This document shows, in pieces, positions 25,687 to 41,961 of a stretch of DNA of 64,000 nucleotides. The stretch lies in the NCBI RefSeq assembly GCF_050320075.1, contig NZ_CP190018.1. The stretch is one strand, 5' to 3'. The notes under the pieces are model-generated. The model made no database searches, had not been told where the DNA came from, and worked only from the letters and a program-made list of their open reading frames with translations. How positions within the stretch are numbered: position 1 is the stretch's first letter; each line of letters starts with the position of its first letter. This DNA comes from Escherichia coli. GTDB lineage: Bacteria; Pseudomonadota; Gammaproteobacteria; Enterobacterales; Enterobacteriaceae. Position numbers and translations under genes: made by a program.

Positions 25687-26973
25687 TTACGCGTTATAGG
25701 CATTTTCGCCGTGGCTGTTGACGTCAAGCCCTTCTCGCTCCTGTTCTTCCGGCACACGCAGGCCAACCGTCAGATCCGCCAGTTTGTAGCCGATAAATGC
25801 CACCACACCGGACCAGACGATCGTAATGGCGATGCTTTCCAGCTGTACCAGCAACTGATGGCCCATCGTCACACCTTCAGCGAAGCCCACGCCGCCCAGC
25901 GAACTGGCGGCAAAAATCCCGGTCATGATACAGCCGACAATGCCACAAACGCCGTGCACACCGAAGACATCGCAGGGATCATCCACCCGCAGCAAGCGTT
26001 TGAGCATGGTAACGCCCCACAAGCCCGCCAGACCAGCTACCACGCCGATAATCAACGCGCCGCCAACACCAATGTAGCCACACGCTGGCGTCACGCCGAC
26101 CAGACCGGCAATCGCGCCAGAACACGCTCCCAGCAGTGAAGGCTTTCCGCGCAGCGCCCATTCACCGAAGATCCAGCCAAGAATTGCTGCCGCCGTTGCG
26201 ACCACAGTATTCACAAATGCCAGTGCCGCGATTTCATTCGCCGTGCCCGCTGACCCGGCGTTAAAGCCAAACCAACCGATATAGAGAATGGCAGTCCCGG
26301 TGAAGACCATCGGCAGGTTGTGCGGTTTAAACGCCTCTTTACCGAAGCCCACGCGTTTGCCTATCAGATATGCGCCCACCAGACCGGCGATTGCGGCGTT
26401 AATGTGCACCACCGTGCCACCCGCGAAATCCAGCGCACCGTGAGAAGCCAGCAAACCACCGCCCCAGACCATATGCGCAATCGGAATGTAGGAGAGCGTC
26501 AGCCATACCACCACGAAAATCAACACAGCTGAGAAGCGGATTCGTTCCGCCAGCGCCCCAACTATCAAGCCTACGGTAATGCAGGCAAACGATCCCTGAA
26601 ACGCTACGTGGATATACTGATAAATGCTGCCCATCACCGCCGTCAGTTCGATGTTTTTCAGCATCAACCAGTTAATGTTGCCGAAGAAGTTGTTTCCCTC
26701 ACCAAACGCCAGCGAGTAACCGTAAACCACCCAGAGAATACAGACCAGTGCAAACGTCACCGTCACCTGCGTCAGCATCGACAGCACGTTTTTGCCGCGA
26801 ATCAACCCACCGTAAAACAGGGCAATCCCCGGAATAGTCATAAACAGCACCAGCGCAGTACAAATCATCATAAACGCATTGTCGGCTTTATCGGCCACCG
26901 CAGGTGCAGCCATTACCAGTCCCGGCAGCATCGCCAGTGAAGCAAGCCCAGTTTTTATCGTCGCTATCTTCAT
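25687..26973 (-). CDS. amtB: Ammonium transporter AmtB
   Basis: 428-aa ORF with signal peptide and Amt/MEP architecture; immediately downstream of glnK. Confidence 0.97.
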   Translation of the reverse strand: MKIATIKTGLASLAMLPGLVMAAPAVADKADNAFMMICTALVLFMTIPGIALFYGGLIRGKNVLSMLTQVTVTFALVCILWVVYGYSLAFGEGNNFFGNINWLMLKNIELTAVMGSIYQYIHVAFQGSFACITVGLIVGALAERIRFSAVLIFVVVWLTLSYIPIAHMVWGGGLLASHGALDFAGGTVVHINAAIAGLVGAYLIGKRVGFGKEAFKPHNLPMVFTGTAILYIGWFGFNAGSAGTANEIAALAFVNTVVATAAAILGWIFGEWALRGKPSLLGACSGAIAGLVGVTPACGYIGVGGALIIGVVAGLAGLWGVTMLKRLLRVDDPCDVFGVHGVCGIVGCIMTGIFAASSLGGVGFAEGVTMGHQLLVQLESIAITIVWSGVVAFIGYKLADLTVGLRVPEEQEREGLDVNSHGENAYNA

Positions 26974-27002
26974 TTTTCGTTCCTGTTGCTGTGTGCCAGA
27001 GA

Positions 27003-27341
27003 TTACAGCGCCGATTCGTCGGCTTCGCCGGTACGAATACGAATGACGCGTTGCAATTCAGCGACGAAGATTTTGCCGTCGCCAATTTTTCCGGTGTAAG
27101 CCGCTTTGCTGACGATATCGATCACTTCATCGAGTTGGTCATCAGCAATCGCCACATCAATTTTTACTTTTGGCAGGAAATTGACGCTGTATTCCGCCCC
27201 CCGGTACAGCTCGGCATGTCCTTTCTGACGCCCGAAACCTTTCACTTCGGTGACGGTCAGGCCCTGAATACCAATGGAAGATAACGCTTCACGAACGTCT
27301 TCCAGCTTGAATGGTTTGATTATCACGGTCACCAGCTTCAT
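27003..27341 (-). CDS. glnK: Nitrogen regulatory protein PII-2 (GlnK)
   Basis: ORF track 158 aa; true start MKLVTVIIKPFKLEDVREAL (112 aa), uridylylation loop RGAEYSV. Confidence 0.97.
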   Translation of the reverse strand: MKLVTVIIKPFKLEDVREALSSIGIQGLTVTEVKGFGRQKGHAELYRGAEYSVNFLPKVKIDVAIADDQLDEVIDIVSKAAYTGKIGDGKIFVAELQRVIRIRTGEADESAL

Positions 27342-27393
27342 AGATCCCCTCCGGTCAGAATTCGGTAATGGTTCTGCTACACGAAGAAGGTAT

Positions 27394-27409
27394 TGCAAGC
27401 GGTGTGCCA
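27394..27409 (-). promoter_or_regulatory. Sigma-54 (-24/-12) promoter of glnK-amtB
   Basis: Minus strand reads TGGCAC-N5-TTGCA; inverted TGCACC...GGTGCA motifs further upstream fit NtrC enhancer sites. Confidence 0.7.
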
Positions 27410-27521
27410 GAAATGAAAAACGAGAAGGAGAGCAGGAAGTTAAGAAGATTGAAAACAAAAACGCACTATGACAGTGCACAGTGCGTTACATTTTTGCACC
27501 AACGATGAAATATTGCGCTAT

Positions 27522-31068
<3,547 letters not shown>

Positions 31069-31097
31069 GCGTTGTGTCCTGACCTGATTCTGGATAT

Positions 31098-31556
31098 TTA
31101 TTCGATGGGTAAAGAAGTGGTGTATTTAATCTGTTCCATCGCGAAGCTGGAAGTGACGTCCGACAGCCCCGGCACGCTGTTTACCAGGCGCTTATAAAAC
31201 TCGTCGTAGCGTTTCATGTCGGCAACCTGGACGCGCATCAGATAATCGTATTCACCAGCCATGCGCCAGAACCCCAGCACTTCTGGCATTTCGGTAACCA
31301 CCGTGACAAAGCGGCAATACCATTCGCTGCTGTGATGTTGCGTTTTTATCAGCACAAAGGCGGTCAGGCCGAGGCCTATTTTTTCCGGATCCAGCAGGGC
31401 GACTTTGCCGATAAGAATACCGTCGTCCTCCAGCCGTTTCAGACGCTTCCAGCAGGGGGTAGTTGTCAGATTAACGGCTTCAGCCAGTGCCTGCAAAGAG
31501 AGGGTGCAATCCTGCTGTAGTAAGGCCAGCAGCTTACGGTCAATTTTATCTAACAT
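31098..31556 (-). CDS. decR: Lrp/AsnC-family transcriptional regulator DecR (YbaO)
   Basis: ORF track 188 aa; true start [28 protein letters not shown] (152 aa). Confidence 0.9.
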
Positions 31557-31667
31557 AGCCCTTCCACGGAGAATTTTTTTCTCTTTTAATTCTATTTTAA
31601 AGGTGAAATCGCGACAATTTATTCTGTGCGGTTTAAACACCACGGCACAAAATGACAAATTCAACGC

Positions 31668-32378
31668 AAATAAATATCCTCCGGCATAGCCGGAGGTTTT
31701 TCAAATGCGCCTGTAAGGCTCTGTTACCAGCCGCGCCCTAACAGGCGCATACGATCTGACATTTGCATTCAACTTCGTTACTTACGGCCCGTAAACGGGC
31801 TGCCCGGATATGGAATCGATAACTGCTCCCCCATTTTATCCTCTTCAAGCTGGTGCTTTATGTAGTCCTGTATCTTCGCCGTGTTCTTACCCACCGTATC
31901 GACATAGTACCCTCGGCACCAGAACTCCCTGTTTCTGTATTTGAATTTCAAATCCCCAAACTGCTCGTAAAGCATCAGACTGCTTTTCCCTTTCAGATAT
32001 CCCATAAAGCCGGATACGCTCATTTTGGGTGGGATTTCCACAAGCATATGGATATGATCTGCGCGGCACTCTGCTTCCAGAATCCGTACGCTTTTCCACT
32101 CACACAGCTTTCTCAAAATACTGCCTATCGCCCTACGCTTCTCTCCGTAAAACGCCAGTCTTCGGTATTTCGGCGCAAAAACTATGTGATATTTACAGTT
32201 CCAGCGGGTGTGCGCTAAGCTCTTTTCGTCCCCCATTGGGACCCCCTTTTGATTTCTTGTTTGACACTTGCAGTTGCCAGACCGCAAGGTGTTTTAACAA
32301 ATCAAAAGGGGTTTGAATAACTGGCTCAAAGCTGAAAGCTTTCCGGAACCCCCAGCCTAGCTGGGGGTTTTCTGTGCA
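31668..32378 (-). mobile_element. IS200 insertion sequence (IS200/IS605 family), boundaries approximate to about 10 bp
   Basis: About 710 bp extra in the decR-cof spacer; encodes an IS200-type TnpA; subterminal hairpins CCCCCAGC-CTA-GCTGGGGG (32349..32367) and CCTCCGGC-ATA-GCCGGAGG (31678..31696); no terminal inverted repeats, as expected for this family. Confidence 0.85.
31778..32236 (-). CDS. tnpA: IS200 transposase TnpA (HUH/Y1 single-strand transposase)
   Basis: 152-aa product MGDEKSLAHTRWNCKYHIVFAPKYRR...HIHMLVEIPPK...YVDTVG; HUH motif HIH and catalytic Tyr region present. Confidence 0.92.
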   Translation of the reverse strand: MGDEKSLAHTRWNCKYHIVFAPKYRRLAFYGEKRRAIGSILRKLCEWKSVRILEAECRADHIHMLVEIPPKMSVSGFMGYLKGKSSLMLYEQFGDLKFKYRNREFWCRGYYVDTVGKNTAKIQDYIKHQLEEDKMGEQLSIPYPGSPFTGRK

Positions 32379-32381
32379 CAA

Positions 32382-32404
32382 AAAAACCGGGCAATTGCCC
32401 GGTG
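32382..32404 (-). terminator. Rho-independent terminator downstream of cof
   Basis: CCGGGCAATTGCCCGG hairpin followed by a T-run on the minus strand. Confidence 0.7.
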
Positions 32405-32419
32405 CTGGAAGGGATCTCG

Positions 32420-33238
32420 TTATTCGGGGGAATAAGGTAGATGTGGATAGTCCAGCCAGTGCGTCAAATAGTGAGAGACAGCCTGATTTCGGCAATGTCC
32501 AATCACCGGTAAATGCGGGAGCTCCGCGCGCAATTGCGGCATCGCATTGCCCATAATAAATCCGCTACCGACGCAGCCTAACATTTCGCGATCGTTCATC
32601 GCATCACCAAAGGCCATGCAATCGCGCAACGATAAACCTAAATGTTGGGTCAGCACCGTCAATGCAGCGCCTTTATTGCAGCCCACCGGCAGCACTTCGA
32701 GGCAATCCGTAGCGGAAAAACACAAATGTGCACGCTCGCCTAATGCTTCGTATAGCTGGATCTGCAAGCGTGTAAGATCGTCGTGATCGCCACAGAAGCA
32801 GATCTTGGTGACGCTGCCGAGTGGCATTTTTTTGACATCGATTATCTGATAACGAAAACCGCTATAGACAAATGCCTGCAACAACGCAGGGATCTCTTTC
32901 CCGGTAAACCAACCGTCGTCATTGAAGATATGCATGCTGGCTCGGGTATCCCATTGCTGATACAGCACCAGCTCCGCGACATCCGCAGGTAAATCATCAC
33001 GATGTAAAAGTTCACCTTCCAGAGAATGCACGCGCGTTCCGTTGCCGGTAATCAAATATGCATCCAGCGATAGCGCCCCGAGAATATGCTGCATCTCCAG
33101 CGCATGACGCCCCGTGGCAAAAGTGAGGGTAATGTCGCGTTCACGCAGTCGCGCCAAAGTAGAGAGGGTTTTCTCACCTAAATGATGGTCAGGCATCAAT
33201 AAAGTGCCATCCATATCAAATGCTGCCAGACGAGCCAT
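32420..33238 (-). CDS. cof: HMP-PP phosphatase Cof (HAD superfamily)
   Basis: ORF track 276 aa; HAD motif I in [10 protein letters not shown]; 272-aa product from MARLAAF. Confidence 0.92.
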   Translation of the reverse strand: MARLAAFDMDGTLLMPDHHLGEKTLSTLARLRERDITLTFATGRHALEMQHILGALSLDAYLITGNGTRVHSLEGELLHRDDLPADVAELVLYQQWDTRASMHIFNDDGWFTGKEIPALLQAFVYSGFRYQIIDVKKMPLGSVTKICFCGDHDDLTRLQIQLYEALGERAHLCFSATDCLEVLPVGCNKGAALTVLTQHLGLSLRDCMAFGDAMNDREMLGCVGSGFIMGNAMPQLRAELPHLPVIGHCRNQAVSHYLTHWLDYPHLPYSPE

Positions 33239-33337
33239 TTCTTTCTCCACTCTGTGACACGGTTAATGGTGATTGAGTATCACCTGATATATACGGAAGT
33301 AATAGTGAATAGTTAAATAATATTGTTCCGGGTTTAT

Positions 33338-35038
33338 ATGCGACTGCTCAACCGTCTTAACCAGTATCAACGTCTGTGGCAACCTTCCGCCGGAAAGCCG
33401 CAAACCGTCACCGTCAGCGAACTGGCCGAACGCTGTTTTTGCAGCGAACGCCATGTTCGTACGCTGTTACGCCAGGCACAGGAGGCGGGATGGCTGGAGT
33501 GGCAGGCGCAGTCAGGACGCGGAAAGCGCGGGCAACTACGCTTTCTGGTCACGCCAGAATCGCTACGCAATGCGATGATGGAACAGGCGCTGGAAACCGG
33601 AAAGCAGCAAGATGTGCTGGAGCTGGCGCAACTGGCCCCAGGTGAGCTGCGCACTCTGTTACAGCCGTTTATGGGCGGACAATGGCAAAACGATACGCCC
33701 ACGTTGCGTATTCCCTACTATCGCCCGCTCGAACCGCTACAACCGGGCTTTTTGCCCGGCCGTGCCGAGCAGCATCTCGCCGGACAGATATTTTCCGGCC
33801 TGACCCGCTTCGATAATAATACCCAGCGCCCGATTGGCGATTTAGCGCATCACTGGGAAACCTCTGCTGACGGGTTACGCTGGGACTTTTATCTTCGTTC
33901 AACCCTACACTGGCATAACGGCGATGCAGTAAAAGCCTCACACTTACACCAGCGATTATTGATGCTGTTACAACTGCCAGCACTGGATCAATTATTTATT
34001 AGCGTGAAGCGTATTGAAGTCACCCATCCGCAGTGTCTGACCTTCTTTTTACATCGCCCCGATTACTGGCTTGCGCACCGGCTGGCGAGCTATTGCAGCC
34101 ATCTGGCGCATCCGCAATTCCCCCTGATCGGCACTGGTCCTTTTCGCTTAACACAATTCACAGTGGAACTGGTGCGCCTGGAGAGTCATGATTATTACCA
34201 TTTACGTCATCCGCTGCTTAAAGCGGTTGAGTACTGGATAACTCCGCCGCTTTTCGAAAAAGATTTGGGAACCAGTTGTCGGCATCCCGTGCAAATCACT
34301 ATCGGCAAACCGGAGGAGTTGCAACGGGTCAGCCAGGTCAGTAGTGGCATCAGTTTAGGTTTTTGCTATTTAACGTTGCGCAAAAGTCCCCGACTGTCCC
34401 TCTGGCAGGCGCGAAAAGTGATCTCCATTATTCATCAATCCGGTTTATTACAAACGTTAGAAGTCGGAGAAAACCTGATCACCGCCAGTCATGCATTACT
34501 GCCAGGCTGGACTATTCCGCAATGGCAAGTACCGGATGAGGTCAAACTACCGAAAACCTTGACACTGGTTTATCACCTACCGATAGAACTTCATACCATG
34601 GCAGAACGTCTACAGGCGACACTGGCAGCGGAAGGCTGTGAACTCACAATTATTTTTCATAACGCAAAAAACTGGGACGACACGACCCTACTGGCACACG
34701 CAGACCTCATGATGGGCGACAGATTAATTGGCGAAGCACCGGAATATACCCTGGAGCAATGGCTGCGTTGCGATCCACTATGGCCACATGTTTTCGACGC
34801 TCCAGCATATGCACATTTGCAATCGACACTGGACGCGGTGCAAGTAATGCCTGATGAGGAAAACCGATTTAATGCCCTAAAAGCGGTTTTTAGCCAGTTA
34901 ATGGCAGACGCGACGCTGACGCCGCTATTCAACTATCACTATCGCATTAGTGCCCCTCCCGGCGTGAACGGTGTGCGACTGACACCGCGCGGCTGGTTTG
35001 AATTTACCGAAGCCTGGCTTCCCGCGCCGTCGCAATGA
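33338..35038 (+). CDS. ybaE: SgrR-like / solute-binding family 5 protein YbaE
   Basis: ORF track 571 aa; likely start MRLLNRLNQYQRLWQ (566 aa). Confidence 0.88.
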   Translation: MRLLNRLNQYQRLWQPSAGKPQTVTVSELAERCFCSERHVRTLLRQAQEAGWLEWQAQSGRGKRGQLRFLVTPESLRNAMMEQALETGKQQDVLELAQLAPGELRTLLQPFMGGQWQNDTPTLRIPYYRPLEPLQPGFLPGRAEQHLAGQIFSGLTRFDNNTQRPIGDLAHHWETSADGLRWDFYLRSTLHWHNGDAVKASHLHQRLLMLLQLPALDQLFISVKRIEVTHPQCLTFFLHRPDYWLAHRLASYCSHLAHPQFPLIGTGPFRLTQFTVELVRLESHDYYHLRHPLLKAVEYWITPPLFEKDLGTSCRHPVQITIGKPEELQRVSQVSSGISLGFCYLTLRKSPRLSLWQARKVISIIHQSGLLQTLEVGENLITASHALLPGWTIPQWQVPDEVKLPKTLTLVYHLPIELHTMAERLQATLAAEGCELTIIFHNAKNWDDTTLLAHADLMMGDRLIGEAPEYTLEQWLRCDPLWPHVFDAPAYAHLQSTLDAVQVMPDEENRFNALKAVFSQLMADATLTPLFNYHYRISAPPGVNGVRLTPRGWFEFTEAWLPAPSQ

Positions 35039-35102
35039 ATAGCTGGTCCGGGTTAATCGCAGGCGTTACCATAACGCTTTTATTGTTCAAGCAGGATTAT
35101 CT

Positions 35103-35798
35103 ATGAAACGTGCTGTCGTTGTGTTCAGTGGAGGCCAGGATTCCACCACCTGTCTGGTGCAGGCATTACAACAATATGATGAAGTCCATTGCGTGACGTT
35201 CGATTACGGTCAGCGGCATCGCGCAGAAATCGACGTGGCACGCGAACTGGCGCTGAAACTGGGGGCACGCGCGCATAAGGTGCTGGATGTCACCCTGCTC
35301 AACGAGCTGGCGGTCAGTAGCCTGACGCGTGACAGCATTCCGGTGCCTGATTATGAACCTGAAGCTGATGGCATCCCGAATACGTTTGTCCCTGGGCGTA
35401 ATATTTTGTTCCTGACGCTGGCGGCAATATATGCGTATCAGGTAAAAGCAGAAGCGGTGATTACCGGCGTCTGTGAAACGGATTTCTCCGGCTACCCGGA
35501 TTGCCGCGATGAGTTTGTGAAAGCACTAAACCATGCCGTCAGTTTGGGCATGGCGAAAGATATTCGTTTTGAAACGCCGCTGATGTGGATTGATAAAGCG
35601 GAAACCTGGGCGCTGGCAGATTATTACGGCAAACTGGATTTAGTCCGTAACGAAACGTTGACCTGCTATAACGGCATTAAAGGCGACGGTTGCGGTCATT
35701 GTGCGGCATGTAATTTACGCGCCAACGGTTTGAATCATTATCTGGCCGATAAACCGACGGTGATGGCAGCGATGAAGCAGAAAACCGGGTTGAGGTAA
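35103..35798 (+). CDS. queC: 7-cyano-7-deazaguanine synthase QueC
   Basis: 231-aa ORF with PP-loop SGGQDS and C-terminal Cys cluster (CGHCAAC). Confidence 0.95.
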
Positions 35799-35849
35799 TT
35801 ATTCCGGGTGTCGCCGGATGCGGCTTGAGCATCCGGCACCACAAAACGT

Positions 35850-36248
35850 TTACTTAACCATCTGCTCGAGCTTTTCGCGCAATTCCCCTTCCAGAGCTAA
35901 CGCTTTCTGCGTTTTAAGATCAATACAAACAAACGTAATAAGCGCATCCGCTACCACCTGCCCTTCCGGCTCCAGTGTAATGACCTGGCTTAAGATGCCG
36001 CTTTTACCGTTTAATTGCTGCAACTGACTGGTAATGGTTAACAGGTCGCTTAATACCGCCGGGCGACGATAGTTAATATTGATATTGACCACGACGAAGG
36101 CGATGTTATGGGCCGTCATCCACTGAAAACTGTCGCTATTTTCCAACCCATCCCAGCGGGCTTCTTCGAGAAACTCCAGATAGCGAGCGTTGTTTACGTG
36201 CTGGTAAACGTCGAGATGATATCCACGAACTTTGATTTGTGTTTGCAT
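35850..36248 (-). CDS. fadM: Long-chain acyl-CoA thioesterase III FadM (YbaW)
   Basis: 132-aa hotdog-fold ORF MQTQIKVRGYHLDVYQHVNNARYLEFLEEAR. Confidence 0.93.
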   Translation of the reverse strand: MQTQIKVRGYHLDVYQHVNNARYLEFLEEARWDGLENSDSFQWMTAHNIAFVVVNININYRRPAVLSDLLTITSQLQQLNGKSGILSQVITLEPEGQVVADALITFVCIDLKTQKALALEGELREKLEQMVK

Positions 36249-36301
36249 AGCGCAATAACCTTACGTTGTTTTTATAAAAACTGTTATAAGTACAGAGGCC
36301 A

Positions 36302-38747
<2,446 letters not shown>

Positions 38748-38938
38748 GGTGTAACAACACTCCGCTGTAGATGACTGTGTACCTCACGCAACGTATCGAT
38801 GCGCGCAAAGGCCTATTGTGACAAGAAACGGGGGCAATTGTCAGCCCACAAGACGCAGAAAGTCACCGAATACAAATAAAAAAGGCACATCAGTAGATGC
38901 GCCCTTGAACTTCGTCACATCCCCACTGGGGACAACGC

Positions 38939-39211
38939 TTAGTTTACCGCGTCTTTCAGTGCTTTACCTGCACGGAAGCTCGGTACTTTAGCGGCAGCGA
39001 TGGTGATCTCTTTACCGGTCTGCGGGTTGCGGCCAGTACGGGCAGCACGCTCTTTAACGGCAAAAGTACCAAAACCTACCAGTGCTACATCATCCCCTTC
39101 TTTCAGAGATTCAGTTACGGAAGCAATAATAGCATCTAACGCACGGCCAGCCGCAGCTTTAGAGATATCAGCCCCTGCAGCAATCTTGTCGATCAATTGA
39201 GATTTATTCAC
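38939..39211 (-). CDS. hupB: DNA-binding protein HU-beta
   Basis: 90-aa [53 protein letters not shown]... Confidence 0.97.
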
Positions 39212-39350
39212 TCTTCTCTTCCTCTTTATAATTTATATCGCACTTGAATCCTTCAAGGTACGAACGCGCAGCAGTTATATCAGGCCAGCCATCCCCTTAC
39301 AACACCCCTTAATAAGGGCAAGCCCGATCCGCCATCTAACTTAGCGAGAC

Positions 39351-39398
39351 AAAAAAAGGCTGGCAAGCCCGAATTAGCCTGCCAGCCCTGTTTTTATT
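39351..39398. terminator. Bidirectional rho-independent terminator downstream of lon
   Basis: GGCTGGCA...TGCCAGCC stem flanked by AAAAAAA and TTTTTATT. Confidence 0.7.
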
Positions 39399-39419
39399 AG
39401 TGCATTTTGCGCGAGGTCA

Positions 39420-41774
39420 CTATTTTGCAGTCACAACCTGCATGCCAGACGGTTCATTTTGCAGCGCCAGAGTCAGAACTTCCTCAATGCGTTTCACAGG
39501 ATGAATGTCCAGATCGGCAATTACGTTGTCAGGAATCTCTTCCAGATCGCGTTTATTTTCGAACGGAATTAACACTGTTTTAATCCCGCCGCGATGCGCT
39601 GCCAGTAGTTTTTCTTTCAAACCACCGATAGGCAGTACCTGACCACGCAGAGTGATCTCACCGGTCATTGCCACATCGGCACGAACCGGGTTACCGGTCA
39701 GGCAAGAAACCAGCGCGGTGCACATAGCAATACCGGCACTCGGACCATCTTTCGGCGTCGCACCTTCCGGTACGTGGACGTGGATGTCGCGTTTTTCGTA
39801 AAAATCAGGGTTGATCCCCAGTTTTTCCGCACGCGCACGAACCACCGTTAACGCCGCCTGAATGGACTCCTGCATCACTTCACCGAGCGAACCGGTATAG
39901 GTCAGTTTGCCTTTCCCCGGAACACATGCGGTTTCAATGGTCAGCAAGTCACCGCCCACTTCCGTCCACGCCAGACCGGTTACCTGACCGACACGGTTTT
40001 CGTTATCAGCGCGTCCATAGTCGAAACGCTGAACACCGAGGTAGTCATGCAGGTTATCACCGTTAATTTCGATATGTTTTAATGACTTATCGAGCAGTAA
40101 CTGCTTAACCGCTTTGCGACACAGTTTGGAGATTTCACGCTCCAGACCACGCACGCCCGCCTCACGGGTGTAATAACGAATAATGCCGATAATGGCGCTA
40201 TCGTCGACGGTCAGCTCACCTTTTTTCAGTGCATTACGTTCAATCTGCTTCGGCAGCAGGTGACGTTTGGCGATGTTCAGTTTTTCATCTTCGGTATAAC
40301 CGGAGAGGCGAATCACTTCCATACGATCCAGCAGCGGTGCCGGAATGTTCATGGAGTTCGACGTCGCGACAAACATCACGTCGCTGAGATCGTAATCCAC
40401 TTCCAGGTAGTGGTCGCTGAACGCTACGTTCTGCTCTGGATCCAGCACTTCAAGCAGTGCGGAGGCCGGATCGCCACGCATGTCAGAAGACATTTTGTCG
40501 ATCTCATCAAGCAGGAACAGCGGGTTTTTCACGCCCACTTTCGCCATTTTCTGGATCAGTTTACCCGGCATAGAACCGATGTAAGTACGGCGGTGACCAC
40601 GGATTTCCGCTTCATCACGCACGCCGCCCAGCGCCATACGGACATATTTACGCCCGGTTGCTTTGGCGATGGACTGACCCAGGGAGGTTTTACCTACCCC
40701 CGGCGGCCCTACCAGGCAGAGGATCGGTCCCTTGATTTTGTTGACACGGCTTTGAACCGCAAGATACTCAAGGATGCGATCTTTCACGCGCTCCAGACCA
40801 TAATGGTCGGTATCAAGGATTTCCTGCGCCTGACGCAGGTCTTTTTTGACCTTGCTACGCGCATTCCACGGCACCTGTACCATCCAGTCGATATAACCAC
40901 GCACTACGGTCGCTTCTGCCGACATCGGAGACATCATTTTCAGCTTCTGCAACTCTGCTTCCGCTTTCTCTTTTGCCTCTTTCGGCATTTTCGCCGCGTC
41001 GATTTTGCGCTTCAGGGCTTCGTTTTCGTCCGGCGCGTCGTCCATTTCACCGAGTTCTTTCTGAATAGCTTTCATTTGCTCGTTCAGATAGTACTCACGC
41101 TGGGATTTCTCCATCTGCTTTTTAACGCGGTTGCGAATGCGTTTCTCAACCTGCAGCAGATCGATTTCCGATTCCATCATTGCCATCAGATATTCCAGAC
41201 GTTCGTTAACGTCGGACATCTCCAGAACGGACTGTTTGTCAGCCAGTTTCAGCGGCATATGTGCAGCAATGGTATCCGCCAGACGCGCCGGGTCGTCGAT
41301 GCTATTCAGCGACGTCAGCACTTCTGGTGGGATTTTTTTGTTCAGCTTGATGTAGCCTTCGAACTGGCTGATTGCAGTACGCACCAGCACTTCCTGTTCC
41401 CGCTCATCAATGGTCGGCGACTCCAGATACTCCGCCTTCGCAGAAAAGTGTTCGCCATTGTCAGAGAGCGCAGAAATACGCGCGCGCTGTAACCCCTCGA
41501 CCAGCACTTTGACGGTGCCGTCAGGCAGTTTCAGCATCTGCAATATAGAGGCCACGGTCCCGACGGTGAAAAGATCGTTTACACCCGGCTCATCCGTTGA
41601 AGCTTCTTTCTGCGCGACCAGCATAATTTTTTTATCATGGTCCATCGCCGCTTCCAGACAACGGATAGATTTTTCCCGCCCGACAAATAAGGGGATGACC
41701 ATGTGCGGATAAACCACCACATCGCGCAGCGGCAATACGGGGATTTCAATGCGTTCAGAACGCTCAGGATTCAT
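39420..41774 (-). CDS. lon: ATP-dependent Lon protease
   Basis: ORF track 799 aa; true start [18 protein letters not shown] (784 aa); Walker [10 protein letters not shown] and catalytic Ser in DGPSAG. Confidence 0.97.
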   Translation of the reverse strand: MNPERSERIEIPVLPLRDVVVYPHMVIPLFVGREKSIRCLEAAMDHDKKIMLVAQKEASTDEPGVNDLFTVGTVASILQMLKLPDGTVKVLVEGLQRARISALSDNGEHFSAKAEYLESPTIDEREQEVLVRTAISQFEGYIKLNKKIPPEVLTSLNSIDDPARLADTIAAHMPLKLADKQSVLEMSDVNERLEYLMAMMESEIDLLQVEKRIRNRVKKQMEKSQREYYLNEQMKAIQKELGEMDDAPDENEALKRKIDAAKMPKEAKEKAEAELQKLKMMSPMSAEATVVRGYIDWMVQVPWNARSKVKKDLRQAQEILDTDHYGLERVKDRILEYLAVQSRVNKIKGPILCLVGPPGVGKTSLGQSIAKATGRKYVRMALGGVRDEAEIRGHRRTYIGSMPGKLIQKMAKVGVKNPLFLLDEIDKMSSDMRGDPASALLEVLDPEQNVAFSDHYLEVDYDLSDVMFVATSNSMNIPAPLLDRMEVIRLSGYTEDEKLNIAKRHLLPKQIERNALKKGELTVDDSAIIGIIRYYTREAGVRGLEREISKLCRKAVKQLLLDKSLKHIEINGDNLHDYLGVQRFDYGRADNENRVGQVTGLAWTEVGGDLLTIETACVPGKGKLTYTGSLGEVMQESIQAALTVVRARAEKLGINPDFYEKRDIHVHVPEGATPKDGPSAGIAMCTALVSCLTGNPVRADVAMTGEITLRGQVLPIGGLKEKLLAAHRGGIKTVLIPFENKRDLEEIPDNVIADLDIHPVKRIEEVLTLALQNEPSGMQVVTAK

Positions 41775-41857
41775 AGAGCTCTCTCTTAGTTTAATTTCCG
41801 CCAGGTAATCAGATGACACGACTGTGCTTCACGCCATCTATTAACATGTACGTCAGT

Positions 41858-41884
41858 ATATGGGGATGTTTCCCCCACATTCAA
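41858..41884 (-). promoter_or_regulatory. Candidate sigma-32 heat-shock promoter of lon
   Basis: Minus strand TTGAATG, spacer, CCCCATAT upstream of lon. Confidence 0.55.
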
Positions 41885-41908
41885 CGCCGAGAATAGAGGA
41901 AAAATTAA

Positions 41909-41933
41909 AGGGGAGATAAAATCCCCCCTTTTT
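41909..41933 (-). terminator. Hairpin/T-run after clpX
   Basis: GGGGAG...CCCCCC hairpin with T-runs on both strands, directly after clpX stop. Confidence 0.55.
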
Positions 41934-41961
41934 GGTTAACTAATTGTATGGGAATGGTTAA

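Noticed and set aside
40260-41492. 410-aa ORF antisense to lon
   Set aside because: Shadow ORF within a well-supported gene; no start context and no recognisable domain.
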